Of a stretch of 64,000 nucleotides of DNA, positions 10,234 through 20,238 are shown one piece after another (within the stretch, counting starts at the first letter, position 1; every line of letters starts with the position of its first letter). Location: positions 5,056,001-5,120,000 of the forward strand of contig OZ244207.1 in the NCBI GenBank assembly GCA_965216875.1, in the 5' to 3' direction. The DNA is from Rubripirellula sp. Lineage in GTDB: Bacteria > Planctomycetota > Planctomycetia > Pirellulales > Pirellulaceae. The notes beneath the pieces are model-generated. The model was given only the letters and a program-made list of their open reading frames with translations. It made no database searches and was not told the DNA's origin. Both the position numbers and the translations under genes were made by a program.

Positions 10234-11292
10234 TCACGCCATCAAACGCCGAATACGCTGCCGCCAACCCTTCCGGCGAGCGGATTTGCGTCCGGACGGC
10301 CGGTACTTGAGACGGTACATCGCTTCGGCCAAAGACTCCGCCTGAGGTGCTGCTAGAGTCATCGTCGATCCCGAATTGGAATGCTTGGCCGGCGGTGATT
10401 TCAGAACATTGACCAATGCGTTGTGCATCTCGGCCGCACTTCGAAACCGTTGCGAAGGGTCCTTGGCCATCGCGCGAAGACAGAGGGTGTCCAGTCGCGG
10501 GTCGAGCCCCTGACGGATCTCGGTCGGCGCCTCAGGCGTTTGCAAAAGCACGTGCGAGTAGATCTCGGGAACCGCGCCACCAAACGGGCGGCAACCGGTG
10601 AGCATCTGGTAAAGAATCGTGCCCAGACCATAAACGTCGGTCGCCGGTCCAATCTGATTGACCGCACCACGCACTTGCTCGGGAGCCATGTAGGCGGGTG
10701 AACCGAGCAACCGCGGTCGTTGGTCGTTCCAAATCCGATCGCCCACGCGTTTGGCCAAGCCAAAGTCGGTGATAACGGGGTCGGCATCGGCTCGCATCAA
10801 GATATTCGCTGGCTTCAGATCGCGATGGACAACGCCCGCTCGGTGCGCTGCGGTCAAAGCGGCCGCGACTCGGATGGCGACACGAATCGCTTTTTCAGGT
10901 GGCAAGCCATTGCCCGAAATCTGCTGGTCCAGTGTTTCGCCAGCGATGTACTGCATCACGATAAAGGGACGACCATTGTCCGAATCAACATCGTAAAGAG
11001 GGCAGATGTGGGCGTGAGTCACTGCCGCCGCGGCGCGTGCTTCTCGATAGATTCGACTCCGATCGGCATCGCTTGATGCGCGGTGAGGAATCTTCAATGC
11101 GACGCGTCGATCCAACGCCGAATCGTGCGCAAGGTAGACCGTTCCCATGCCGCCGCGCCCAAGCGGACGGACCAATTCATAGCGTCCGATCCAACCTGGA
11201 AAGGCCGCATCTTCACCAAAGGGAAGAACGTCAGGCGTCTCGAGTGAAAGAAGCTTGCTCCAATCCGAACCTTGTTTGATGGGTTGAACCAC
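10234..11292 (-). CDS. Hanks-type Ser/Thr protein kinase, soluble
   Basis: GRGGMG, VALK, HRDLKPAN, DFG and YMAPE; no hydrophobic helix. Confidence 0.92.
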   Translation of the reverse strand: MVQPIKQGSDWSKLLSLETPDVLPFGEDAAFPGWIGRYELVRPLGRGGMGTVYLAHDSALDRRVALKIPHRASSDADRSRIYREARAAAAVTHAHICPLYDVDSDNGRPFIVMQYIAGETLDQQISGNGLPPEKAIRVAIRVAAALTAAHRAGVVHRDLKPANILMRADADPVITDFGLAKRVGDRIWNDQRPRLLGSPAYMAPEQVRGAVNQIGPATDVYGLGTILYQMLTGCRPFGGAVPEIYSHVLLQTPEAPTEIRQGLDPRLDTLCLRAMAKDPSQRFRSAAEMHNALVNVLKSPPAKHSNSGSTMTLAAPQAESLAEAMYRLKYRPSGRKSARRKGWRQRIRRLMA

Positions 11293-11295
11293 AAC

Positions 11296-12303
11296 CTACG
11301 CTCCTTCCTTCCGAGTGTACGCAATCAACGCCTGATGAAACTCCGAAGCCGACGCGAAACGTCCTTGGTCGGCCGGTGCCAGGCCGCGATCAATCACTTC
11401 ACATAATCCCGCCGGCAAATCACTTCGGCGTCGAGAGATGGAAATGGGCTGTCCCTCAATCACCCGTGACAGTGGTGTGGGCGTCAGCTGCGATTCCTGA
11501 TGTGGATGCATCCCCGTCAAGTAGAAATAGAGCACGGCCGCGGTCGAATAGAGATCACACGCGGTGGTCGCGTCCCTCGAGTTGCGAAGTTGCTCGGGCG
11601 ACATGAATGCGATCGTGCCACGCATCTCACCCTCATGCGTGATGCCGCTGAGTCCGGCTTGTCGAACATCTTTCGAGATTCCAAAATCGGCCAACTTGAT
11701 TCCGATTTTGTGATCCTGCCTCGCGTTTCGATAAACCAACACATTCGCCGGCTTGATGTCGCGGTGCACGATGCTCTGACCATGAGCATGGTCGAGCGCC
11801 TCCAAGATGTAGCAGCCAATCCCGCAAACGAGCCGTATCTGTTGCTTGGCCGGACATTCGACGAGCTCACGTCGCAGGTCGATTGTCTTGACGTACTCCA
11901 TCGCCATAAACAACTGACCGTCGATGCTTCCGAAGTCGCGCACTCGAATGATCCGTGAATGATTCAAACGGCTAAGGATCGACATCTCGCGCAGGAAGAA
12001 GTTGCGATCTTTTTCATGGGAACGGGTCGGATCGCATCGACGGACCAGTTTCAGTGCAACCTTTTCTCCGGTCGCTTCGTTGAAGGCACAAAAGACATCC
12101 CCCATCGAGCCGCTCGCGATGGGGTGAAGGATCCGGTACGAACCAACGCGCGGAGGCTCGGCGGGGACCACTGCGTCGACCGTATCGTAGGGATCGGTCG
12201 TTTCACTACTGGCCGCCGAAGGGGTGGACGCCGCGCCAGGAGATGCATGAAAAGGTGAGTCGAAAACCTGCATGCGATCCTCCGGACGTTGCTGGCGATT
12301 CAT
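11296..12303 (-). CDS. Hanks-type Ser/Thr protein kinase, soluble
   Basis: ASGSMG, VALK, HRDIKPAN, DFG and FMSPE. Confidence 0.92.
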   Translation of the reverse strand: MNRQQRPEDRMQVFDSPFHASPGAASTPSAASSETTDPYDTVDAVVPAEPPRVGSYRILHPIASGSMGDVFCAFNEATGEKVALKLVRRCDPTRSHEKDRNFFLREMSILSRLNHSRIIRVRDFGSIDGQLFMAMEYVKTIDLRRELVECPAKQQIRLVCGIGCYILEALDHAHGQSIVHRDIKPANVLVYRNARQDHKIGIKLADFGISKDVRQAGLSGITHEGEMRGTIAFMSPEQLRNSRDATTACDLYSTAAVLYFYLTGMHPHQESQLTPTPLSRVIEGQPISISRRRSDLPAGLCEVIDRGLAPADQGRFASASEFHQALIAYTRKEGA

Positions 12304-12490
12304 TGCGAGCTAAAGGGTTTTGGTTGCAAACGGCGCGTTGAGGGCCTGTGTCCCCCTCTCGTTTTTCAAGGGCGTTCAAGGCTGCAGAGTCGTAAACGCC
12401 TGCCAAGAGATCGAATCCACAGGGCACGTCCCTTTGGGGCAACTTTTTTCCTGCCGCGCAACGGTTTTCACCCCCGTGCCCCCGCAAGGC

Positions 12491-12638
12491 GTCGCCACCT
12501 ACGCCAGAAGGTGGGGTTGCGCAGAGTTCGTAGTACCGAGCTTCAGCCGGAATCTTCAGGCCCTTCCGCCTAAAGGCGGGACTACAAACAACGTGAGCCC
12601 ACCGTATGTCATGCCCGACGCTAGCGCGTTCGGCTCAC
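12491..12638. repeat. Mosaic REP-like cluster: D arm (12491-12515), F doublet (12526-12589), C (12593-12638)
   Basis: F is a near reverse-complement copy of 29268-29330. Confidence 0.88.
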
Positions 12639-13360
12639 TGGTTTTTCGCTGAGAGATCGATTCGCCAGTAACTTCCCGACGCATCGATCACATGCCGAGC
12701 GAGATTGAACCAGCGCGCGGCCGAATCGAGGATCTGGCTGTCGGCGGACACGACGATTTCTGGCGACACCTTCAAGTCGGCATCAGGGTCGGACACTAGC
12801 TGGGCATCCCAATTCCATCCATTGGCCTCGGCCACTTCGCGTAGCATCGTCTTGAGACGACCGCTGTTGGAGACCGGTTGATCGAGAAGCCAATGACAAC
12901 CGCTCGCGCCAAAACGCTCCGCCATACGACCAATCATCTCAATCGACGCCAACGTTTCATCCACGCGTTTGTAGGTTCCATGCATGCTGGCCATGTCTCG
13001 AAAGCTGCCATCGCGTCCTACAAGGATCACCCCACCAGACAACGCTGCTTCGACGGTCGTCAGGAGGTTGAAGCCGTCGATCCAGAGCGTATGTCCCACA
13101 AGGTCATCTGCCTCGAGTTCCGTCGATTTGCGTTGTTCGCGTTGATCATCACTGCAGGCGGACCGGGCGACCGCAATTCGCTGGCGCGCGTCGAGGTTGT
13201 ACCGATCGCCAACCAACTTCAACGACGAGGTGACGGCGTAGCCGTGCGACAAGAGCCAACTCAAATCGTCCGTGGCCGACTGAATCCGCGGTACCTGATC
13301 CTTTGCAAAGAGGCGATCGTCTTCGGGATGGGGCCCGCGGTGTCGACGTTGGTCTGGCAC
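12635..13360 (-). CDS. DUF434-domain protein
   Basis: RRHRGPHPED N-terminus, LKLVGDRYNL, IDGFN, RDMAS and LDQPVSNSGRL motifs. Confidence 0.8.
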   Translation of the reverse strand: MPDQRRHRGPHPEDDRLFAKDQVPRIQSATDDLSWLLSHGYAVTSSLKLVGDRYNLDARQRIAVARSACSDDQREQRKSTELEADDLVGHTLWIDGFNLLTTVEAALSGGVILVGRDGSFRDMASMHGTYKRVDETLASIEMIGRMAERFGASGCHWLLDQPVSNSGRLKTMLREVAEANGWNWDAQLVSDPDADLKVSPEIVVSADSQILDSAARWFNLARHVIDASGSYWRIDLSAKNQ

Positions 13361-13597
13361 AATCTTCCTTTGGCTTGTTCGATGCTTCCACGGTCAGTTT
13401 TGGACGGCCGGAGTCCGACACGGTTTGTCGCACTTTCTGTTTCGATCGTCATTCGGTTCGTGCGATCCACTAAAATGCAATCGAAGGCCGAATGCGAGTG
13501 TTAACACGACAACCTCAACACTCGCATGTGCTCACCGCAGTGGCGTACCACCACACCAGAGACGCATTCCCGCAACCGTGTTCAGAGTAAACCTGTC

Positions 13598-14146
13598 ATG
13601 AAATTGATCGTCAAGCGAATTTGCGTGCCAACCGACTTTAGCGAAGCGGCCGACCATGCTGTCCATTACGCCGCAGCATTGGCCGAGATGCATGGCGCCG
13701 CGTTGCATCTGCTGCACGTGATCGAGCATGCCGGCCCACTCGTCCATCACCCTGACTTTACAGGTGGTGGTGAAATCGCGCGTGCCTATTTCAACCAGCT
13801 CGACCAGGCGGCGGCGGACGCCGAGAAGAGTGGCGAGGAAAAACCGATTCCCGAATTACTTCAAACGATCGCCTCAGGCGCCTCGGGCAGTATGGAATCG
13901 CTGGGGAAACCCTGGTGGGAAAACCTGACCATCCACCGAGATATTCGCTACGGAAACGCTGCGAAGGAGATCAATCACTACGTCGAAAAGCACGAGATTG
14001 ATTTGGTTGTGATGGGAACACACGGGCATTCCAAACTTGCCACCGTGCTGCTTGGAAGCGTTACCGAACGAACCGTACGCACCTGCAGTTGCCCAGTGAC
14101 GGTGATCCGCCATCCCGAACACCAATACGAAGTGACCGAAGAATAG
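13598..14146 (+). CDS. Universal stress protein
   Basis: ICVPTDFS, DLVVMGTHG, LLGSVTE and CPV motifs. Confidence 0.92.
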   Translation: MKLIVKRICVPTDFSEAADHAVHYAAALAEMHGAALHLLHVIEHAGPLVHHPDFTGGGEIARAYFNQLDQAAADAEKSGEEKPIPELLQTIASGASGSMESLGKPWWENLTIHRDIRYGNAAKEINHYVEKHEIDLVVMGTHGHSKLATVLLGSVTERTVRTCSCPVTVIRHPEHQYEVTEE

Positions 14147-14162
14147 GGCGTGGTTTTTGCTC

Positions 14163-14373
14163 GGGACGCGGAGCGTCCGCAAGTGGTTACCACGCAGAGC
14201 GGGGTAACGAGGGCAGAGAGCGGGGCTACAAACGGCATCAGCCGCTACGCGATAGCGTGCGGTTCTCCTATCGAGCCGTTCGAAAACCGCGAGCTATCGC
14301 TCTTCATAGTCGCCTTTCGCTCCGCGAAAGTAGCGCCCACAAACGCAACTTTCGCGGAGCGAAAGGCGACTAT
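14163..14373. repeat. Mosaic REP-like cluster: A inverted (14163-14212), F remnant, B doublet truncated on the right (14235-14302), family I long hairpin (14306-14373)
   Basis: atagtcgcctttcgctccgcgaaagt...actttcgcggagcgaaaggcgactat inverted repeat; A and B match their other copies. Confidence 0.88.
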
Positions 14374-14392
14374 CCAATACTGACCGCGCAAC

Positions 14393-14454
14393 AAAAATGG
14401 GCTAACACCCAAGGGCTGATGCTGCCTAATTCATCAGCCGCGTGGTGTTAGCCC
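14393..14454 (-). terminator. Extended hairpin plus U-tract downstream of recA (probable intrinsic terminator)
   Basis: gggctaacacc/ggtgttagccc outer stem, ggctgatg/catcagcc inner stem, followed by ATTTTT on the minus strand. Confidence 0.6.
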
Positions 14455-14479
14455 TTCGTTGGTAGTTCGATCGACTGTG

Positions 14480-15592
14480 TTAGCTGTTGGGAATCTCCGC
14501 CGTTTCAGCATCTTCCTCAACTGGTTCAGCTTCGACTTCTTCCGGCGCGGCCAAACCGCCAGCGACCAACACCTTCTGGCGGATCTCTTCAGCGACGTCG
14601 GTATTTTCGATCAAGAAGTTTCGAGCCTTCTCTTTGCCCTGGCCGAGGTACGTTTCGCCGTACTTGAACCATGAACCGCTGCGCGAAACGACTTTGTGCG
14701 TTGTCCCGAGATCCAACAAGTCACCTTCGTAACTGATCCCGTTACTGTGCATCATGTCGAACTCGGCGATGCGGAACGGAGGCGCCACTTTGTTCTTGAC
14801 GATCTTCGATTTGACTCGTTGGCCAACTTGCTCTTCGCCATCTTTAAGTGCACCAATTCGGCGTACATCAATCCGGCAAGAACTGTAGAACTTCAACGCA
14901 CGACCACCCGGAGTCGTTTCGGGGCTGCCGAACATCACACCCACTTTTTCACGAATCTGGTTGATGAAGATCACGGAACATTTGCTCTTGGCAATTGCAC
15001 CGGTCAGCTTTCGCATCGCTTGACTCATCAGACGAGCTTGCAAACCAACGTGGCTGTCACCAATTTCGCCTTCGAGTTCTTTCTTTGGCACCAAGGCAGC
15101 AACGGAGTCGACGACAATCACGTCGACCGCATTACTCTTGACCAACATTTCGCAAATCTGCATCGCCTCTTCGCCAGAACCAGGTTGGCTGACCAGAAGT
15201 GTGTCGAGTTCAACACCCAGTTTCTTGGCCCAACTCGGGTCGAACGCGTGTTCTGCGTCGATGATCGCCGCGATTCCACCGTCCTTTTGTGCTTCCCCAC
15301 AAACGTGAAGCGCCAAAGTGGTTTTACCGCTCGATTCAGGTCCATAAATTTCGATGATGCGGCCGCGCGGAATACCTTGACCGCCCAGTGCCATGTCGAG
15401 ACTGAGACTGCCTGTGGAAATGCCATCAATCGATAGCTGCTGGGAAGCTCCCAAAGGCATGATCGACCCGTCACCAAAGGTCTTTTCGATCTGCTGGAGG
15501 GTCGTTTTGAGTCCAGGCTCGCGTTTGAGCACTTCCTCAAGACCTGGATCCACCTTCTCTTTTGCCGCCGATTTCGTTGATTTCTTGGCCAT
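14480..15592 (-). CDS. recA: Recombinase RecA
   Basis: [54 protein letters not shown] and KNKVAPPF. Confidence 0.99.
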   Translation of the reverse strand: MAKKSTKSAAKEKVDPGLEEVLKREPGLKTTLQQIEKTFGDGSIMPLGASQQLSIDGISTGSLSLDMALGGQGIPRGRIIEIYGPESSGKTTLALHVCGEAQKDGGIAAIIDAEHAFDPSWAKKLGVELDTLLVSQPGSGEEAMQICEMLVKSNAVDVIVVDSVAALVPKKELEGEIGDSHVGLQARLMSQAMRKLTGAIAKSKCSVIFINQIREKVGVMFGSPETTPGGRALKFYSSCRIDVRRIGALKDGEEQVGQRVKSKIVKNKVAPPFRIAEFDMMHSNGISYEGDLLDLGTTHKVVSRSGSWFKYGETYLGQGKEKARNFLIENTDVAEEIRQKVLVAGGLAAPEEVEAEPVEEDAETAEIPNS

Positions 15593-15872
15593 TCCCTCTG
15601 TTCCTCTTCCTGAAATACGGTTTCAAGGTCTCACCAAACTGTCATCCAATCGACGCAGCCACAATGGTGAACATACATATATTACCGATCGAGTGGGTCC
15701 GTCACAACCAAGGTTTTTCATTTCAGTCCAGACGGGCAACCAACTTGAACAATGTAAGTATTGGCAGTGCCCAGGACACGTCTGGTCAAAGGCGGAAAGA
15801 GCTTTTTTTCGTCGCTACCTCACCCTGAGCTGAACGCGAGTGCTACAGGCTGCGATTGCGTTAGGCTTCGAA

Positions 15873-16178
15873 AACACTCTCCCTTGGGAGAGTCGGGCTC
15901 TAAGGCCCGGAGAGGGTCTTTTGCAACGGTTATTCCCTCCCCGGACTTTGCGTCCGACCCTCCCGCAAGCGGGAGGGTGATTGTTGGAGCGCGCGTTGCG
16001 CGACACCATCAGCCGCAGAGCGATAGCTCGCGGTTTTGATGATTGGCGGACGGCAGCAACCGCACGCTATCGCGTTGCGGCTGAGGGTTGATCGCGGCTC
16101 ACAGGTGAGCGGCTAGGCGCTAGCCGGTATTCCTAATGGCCAATCCAGCAAGGCCCGACGCTAGCGCGCTAGGCTCAC
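15873..16178. repeat. Mosaic cluster: family G multi-hairpin element (15873-15986), B doublet (16007-16084), C-type arms (16090-16178)
   Basis: G is a near-identical copy of 36067-36178 apart from its central spacer. Confidence 0.88.
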
Positions 16179-19100
16179 ATTGCGCCTTCTTTGATCAACT
16201 GGATTAGGTCTTCGGTTTCCATGCGGGCCGCGCGATCGGTTCCGTCGAGAACACCGGCAACGAGTTCACGTTTGTCGGCATGCAGACTCAGGATCTGTTC
16301 TTCGATCGTGCCTTCGGCCACGAGGCGATAAACGGTCACGGGTCGTTGTTGGCCGATTCGATGAGCGCGGTCGGTCGCTTGATCTTCCACGGCGGGATTC
16401 CACCACGGATCGAGATGGATCACATAGTCGGCTGCGGTCAAATTCAAACCGGTTCCGCCCGCTTTGAGTGAAATCAGGAACAGGTCACCTTCGCCTTCTT
16501 GGAAAGCGTCGACTCGTCGTTGTCGTTCCTTTGCCGGCGTTGAACCATCAAGGTACTGGTACTGGATACCGTTCTCATCAAGGGTCTCGCGAATCACTTC
16601 GAGGTGCTTGACGAATTGGCTAAACACCAAAGCGCGGTGATCGCCTTCACGCAGTTCATCGATCAGTTCCATCAACAGGTCAAGCTTCGCCGAACTCTTC
16701 TTCCACGTTTTGTCGACCAACCGCGGATGGCAAGCCAATTGGCGGAGTTGCGTCAGCCACGCGAGCGTGCGAATTCGCTTCTGGCCTTTTTGTTGATCAT
16801 CACCGGCACCACTTAGCTCGGCCAAGGCAGCAATCCGAGCGTCTTCGTATCGCTTGCGTTCCGCTTTGCTGAGCTCGGCCTGCAACGTGATTTCGGTGCG
16901 CGATGGCAACTCTTTGAGCACGTTGTTTTTTGTTCGACGCAAGATGAACGGACGCACCAAACGTGCCAGCGATTGGCGGCGGTCGTCGTCCTTGTGACGT
17001 TCGATTGGATCGGCAAAACGATTTCGAAAACGATCCCACGAACCGAGCAAACCGGGGCTGATCGTGCGAAACAAACTCCAAAGTTCACCGAGGTGATTTT
17101 CGAGCGGTGTCCCCGACAACCCTAAACGCCAGTTGGCTTCGAGTTTGCGAATCGCTTGTGAAGTTTTGGTTTGCGAGTTCTTGATGAACTGAGCTTCGTC
17201 CAGAACCAACGTATTCCACTCTCGAGAAGCAAATCGCTTCGCATCGCGCTGCAGCAGTTGGTAACTGACAACAACCAAGTCACCAGGCCCGGCGGACTTG
17301 ACCAACGCTTCGCGATCAGAGTCGCGATAGAGCATCGCGTTGAGCTCCGGCGCAAACCGCTGAGTCTCACGCACCCAGTTTTCGCCAACGCTTGTTGGGG
17401 CGACCACGAGCGCGGGCCCCTCAGCAGCACGGTCGATCAACACGCCAAGAGCTTGAACGGTTTTTCCGAGTCCCATGTCATCGGCCAAAACACCACCGAC
17501 TCCCCAGGAAGCCAAGCGTGCCAACCAGCGGTAACCATCGACCTGGTAATCACGCAACTCTGCGTCCAATGTCTCCGGTTGCTCGGGCGTCCAATCCGCC
17601 AGCGAATCGAGTCGCTGAATCGATTGATGCCAACGCGCAGTCGCCTCAAGGGAAACGTCTTCGCCGATCAATTCCGACACGGCGGGGACGGCTGCGTCCG
17701 CAATCTTCATCGATCCGCGGTCGTTGACGACCGAATCGCCAAGTTGCTCGAGTCGCTTTCGGAACGTTTCGCTGATTTTGGCAAACTCACGGTCACCAAC
17801 ACGTACCAGCGCGCGGTTTTCGCGAACGGCGGCCAACAGCTCGGCCAAGGGGACATCGTGTCCATCAAGGTTCACGCTCCCGCTGAGCCCAAACCAATCG
17901 CGGCGATCATCAATCTGAACTCGAAGTGCTGATGGCGTGATTTCGCCGCGCACGCGAATCGTTTCACCTTCGGGCCAGATCAATCGCGGAGTGGAATCAC
18001 CACCGCCGTAGAGCCTGGCCAACAGGTCGAGAGCGATTTCGTCACTCTCGGCCACCCAGCTGTAAATCGACTCGTGCGACAACCTTGTGAGCTCAAACTC
18101 CTCGACGACTTGGTCCGCGTGCATCGTTTCGGCCGTCAGATCGCGTTGCAATCGCACGGGACCTTGTTCGGTCAAACAGGCAACGATCTGGGGCGCGTGA
18201 CCTGGAACTTGTTCCTCGCGAAAACGGGAATCGTGCATCACCAATGCAACATACAAGCCAGCGCCAGCGCGTGGTCGCAGCTCGAAGACCAGCTCCGCCG
18301 AGATCGGTTCGATTGGACCGGCCAATTGAGGCGGAAGATCGACCTTCATCAAATTGTCGACCGATGCGCTCGCCACCGACAATCGTCCCGCGGTTTCAGG
18401 ATCAAGGACAATGTCCGAGAAATCCATCTCCAACAGGTATTCCGTTAACCGAGCGGCCTTAGGGTTGCGCAGCGAGCAAACGATCAGACGATTCCATTGG
18501 TAGTCGGCGATCAACACCACGGGTTCGACAGGACTCGCGTAGCCAAAGGTGACTTCACACTCGTCAAAATTGACCGTCAATCCTGACACGTTGACTTCGG
18601 GCCGAAAGCAAGTCAGCGGTTCATCATCGGGATTGGGCTCGGCTTCCGCTTCATCGCTCTTGGCCGATTCGTCTTCGCGTTCCACGGGAACCAACGACAA
18701 AGCAAGTTCTGCCGACAGCACTTCGACTGGTGTCGCGTCGCCATCGTCCCAAGCGACCGCTTGATGACCGACCAATGCCTGCAGCGCTCGGAACTCCGAG
18801 AAATGATCTTCATTGATGCTGTAGCTTGGTGAAGCGGCGAGCGCAGCGACTTGCCCATCGACCGGGTTGGACGCAAAGTCTCGCTGCAACAGATCGTAGC
18901 CACGGATCTCACGCCCCTTCGTCCAACCTTTGCCGTTCTTGCGCGGACGCTGTTCGTACGGCGTGATCATGATTGGGCAGTAGTATCGCGACGTCGACAG
19001 TCCGATACGCCATTGCAACCGCGTGACTTCTTCTTCGGTCGGCTTGTCGGCCTGATCGGCAATGGCGAGCAACGAGTCAACCAGATCGCGACCGGCGGCG

Positions 19101-19528
19101 ACCGAATCGACTTCGAGTGTGCTAAAGAACTCGACGACTTCGGCGATGCCGCGCCGCGTCAATTGTTCCTGCAACCACCATGCGGCCGCGAGGGAATGGC
19201 TGCAACGTCCGTCGCGTTGAAATTCCGTACATTCACAATGAGGCGTCGAGATGAGTTCGATGTCGAACGGTGCGCCGTCAAAATCATCGTCCTCTTCGGC
19301 TTGATTCGGAGCGATTGCAATGACCGTCGCAACAGGCTGTTGCCGATTGCCGACAATGCGAAACTCGAACCGCAGCTCAGGACCATTGGATGAAAAAGAC
19401 GGCGACTCGACCGTCATCATCGCTGCGCGTTTATCAAGTGATCCGTCGTGAGAGTCGACCAACCGTTCGGCTGCTTCGGCGACCAATAGGCCAAACGCAC
19501 CCACAGCTTCACTGGACATCAAATCCAT
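16175..19528 (-). CDS. SNF2-family helicase/ATPase with N-terminal SWIM zinc finger
   Basis: CECxn-CSH SWIM-like motif; LADDMGLGKT, DEAQ, SGTP, SLKAGGTGLNL and QATDRAHRIGQ; start uncertain. Confidence 0.92.
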   Translation of the reverse strand: MDLMSSEAVGAFGLLVAEAAERLVDSHDGSLDKRAAMMTVESPSFSSNGPELRFEFRIVGNRQQPVATVIAIAPNQAEEDDDFDGAPFDIELISTPHCECTEFQRDGRCSHSLAAAWWLQEQLTRRGIAEVVEFFSTLEVDSVAAGRDLVDSLLAIADQADKPTEEEVTRLQWRIGLSTSRYYCPIMITPYEQRPRKNGKGWTKGREIRGYDLLQRDFASNPVDGQVAALAASPSYSINEDHFSEFRALQALVGHQAVAWDDGDATPVEVLSAELALSLVPVEREDESAKSDEAEAEPNPDDEPLTCFRPEVNVSGLTVNFDECEVTFGYASPVEPVVLIADYQWNRLIVCSLRNPKAARLTEYLLEMDFSDIVLDPETAGRLSVASASVDNLMKVDLPPQLAGPIEPISAELVFELRPRAGAGLYVALVMHDSRFREEQVPGHAPQIVACLTEQGPVRLQRDLTAETMHADQVVEEFELTRLSHESIYSWVAESDEIALDLLARLYGGGDSTPRLIWPEGETIRVRGEITPSALRVQIDDRRDWFGLSGSVNLDGHDVPLAELLAAVRENRALVRVGDREFAKISETFRKRLEQLGDSVVNDRGSMKIADAAVPAVSELIGEDVSLEATARWHQSIQRLDSLADWTPEQPETLDAELRDYQVDGYRWLARLASWGVGGVLADDMGLGKTVQALGVLIDRAAEGPALVVAPTSVGENWVRETQRFAPELNAMLYRDSDREALVKSAGPGDLVVVSYQLLQRDAKRFASREWNTLVLDEAQFIKNSQTKTSQAIRKLEANWRLGLSGTPLENHLGELWSLFRTISPGLLGSWDRFRNRFADPIERHKDDDRRQSLARLVRPFILRRTKNNVLKELPSRTEITLQAELSKAERKRYEDARIAALAELSGAGDDQQKGQKRIRTLAWLTQLRQLACHPRLVDKTWKKSSAKLDLLMELIDELREGDHRALVFSQFVKHLEVIRETLDENGIQYQYLDGSTPAKERQRRVDAFQEGEGDLFLISLKAGGTGLNLTAADYVIHLDPWWNPAVEDQATDRAHRIGQQRPVTVYRLVAEGTIEEQILSLHADKRELVAGVLDGTDRAARMETEDLIQLIKEGAM

Positions 19529-19857
19529 ATTTTGCTTTTCCACCCGCAGCAGATTCCTGAGTTCCTTGTTTGTCGAGCCCCAGGGTCCGAACCCTGAATG
19601 CCTCACAGCTGCAGCACTCACACCTGAGCCGCCGAGTTGGTCAATCCAACCAACTTCGTTCCCTGCTTTAGCACCTCGACAAGGGTTGGCCACATTTTTT
19701 AGTCTGGGCCAATCCGCTATTTTATCAGGCCAGAGAGGAAAGGCGATGCCACATCACCATCTTTCATAACTTTGAATGTCTCGTTTTTCCCAGGTGAACT
19801 CGCCCACAATCTCTTTCTACACGTATTTTTAACGAGCCGAAGATCGGAGTCTCCGCG

Positions 19858-20220
19858 ATGCCCAAATTGACCGTCAAAGACGTTGGTGAATTCGAAGTCC
19901 CTGCAGGCAAACGGCTTGTACAAGCACTCGTTGACGATGCTGGCACCGATCAATTGCACGCTTGCGGCGGATTTGCTCGCTGCACGACCTGCCGCGTCAA
20001 AATCACCGAAGGTGAGCCGGACAAGATGACCGAGGCGGAAAAGGAGACGCTCCGAGCTCGCGAAGTGACCGAGCCGGGCGTTCGCCTGAGCTGCCAAATC
20101 GCTTGCGATGCTGACATGTCCGTCGAGGTGATCAGTCGTCTCGAGGGGAGCGGCCGCAAAGATCAAGGATCGGCCGTTGCGGACAGCATCGAACCCGAAC
20201 CAGTATGGACCACCAAGTGA
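19858..20220 (+). CDS. 2Fe-2S ferredoxin (adrenodoxin-like)
   Basis: HACGGFARCTTC...RLSCQ; GGAG RBS upstream. Confidence 0.9.
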   Translation: MPKLTVKDVGEFEVPAGKRLVQALVDDAGTDQLHACGGFARCTTCRVKITEGEPDKMTEAEKETLRAREVTEPGVRLSCQIACDADMSVEVISRLEGSGRKDQGSAVADSIEPEPVWTTK

Positions 20221-20238
20221 TCGACGCAGATTCGGTGG

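Noticed and set aside
12391..12406. Sigma54-like TTGGCA upstream of the kinase pair
   Set aside because: No GC at the -12 position
14399..14454. Riboswitch or sRNA in the long hairpin after recA
   Set aside because: No recognisable aptamer motif; position and U-tract fit a terminator
16175..19528. SNF2 helicase as part of an anti-phage defence island
   Set aside because: Ordinary SWIM-SNF2 architecture among housekeeping genes; no methylase, nuclease or other defence genes adjacent
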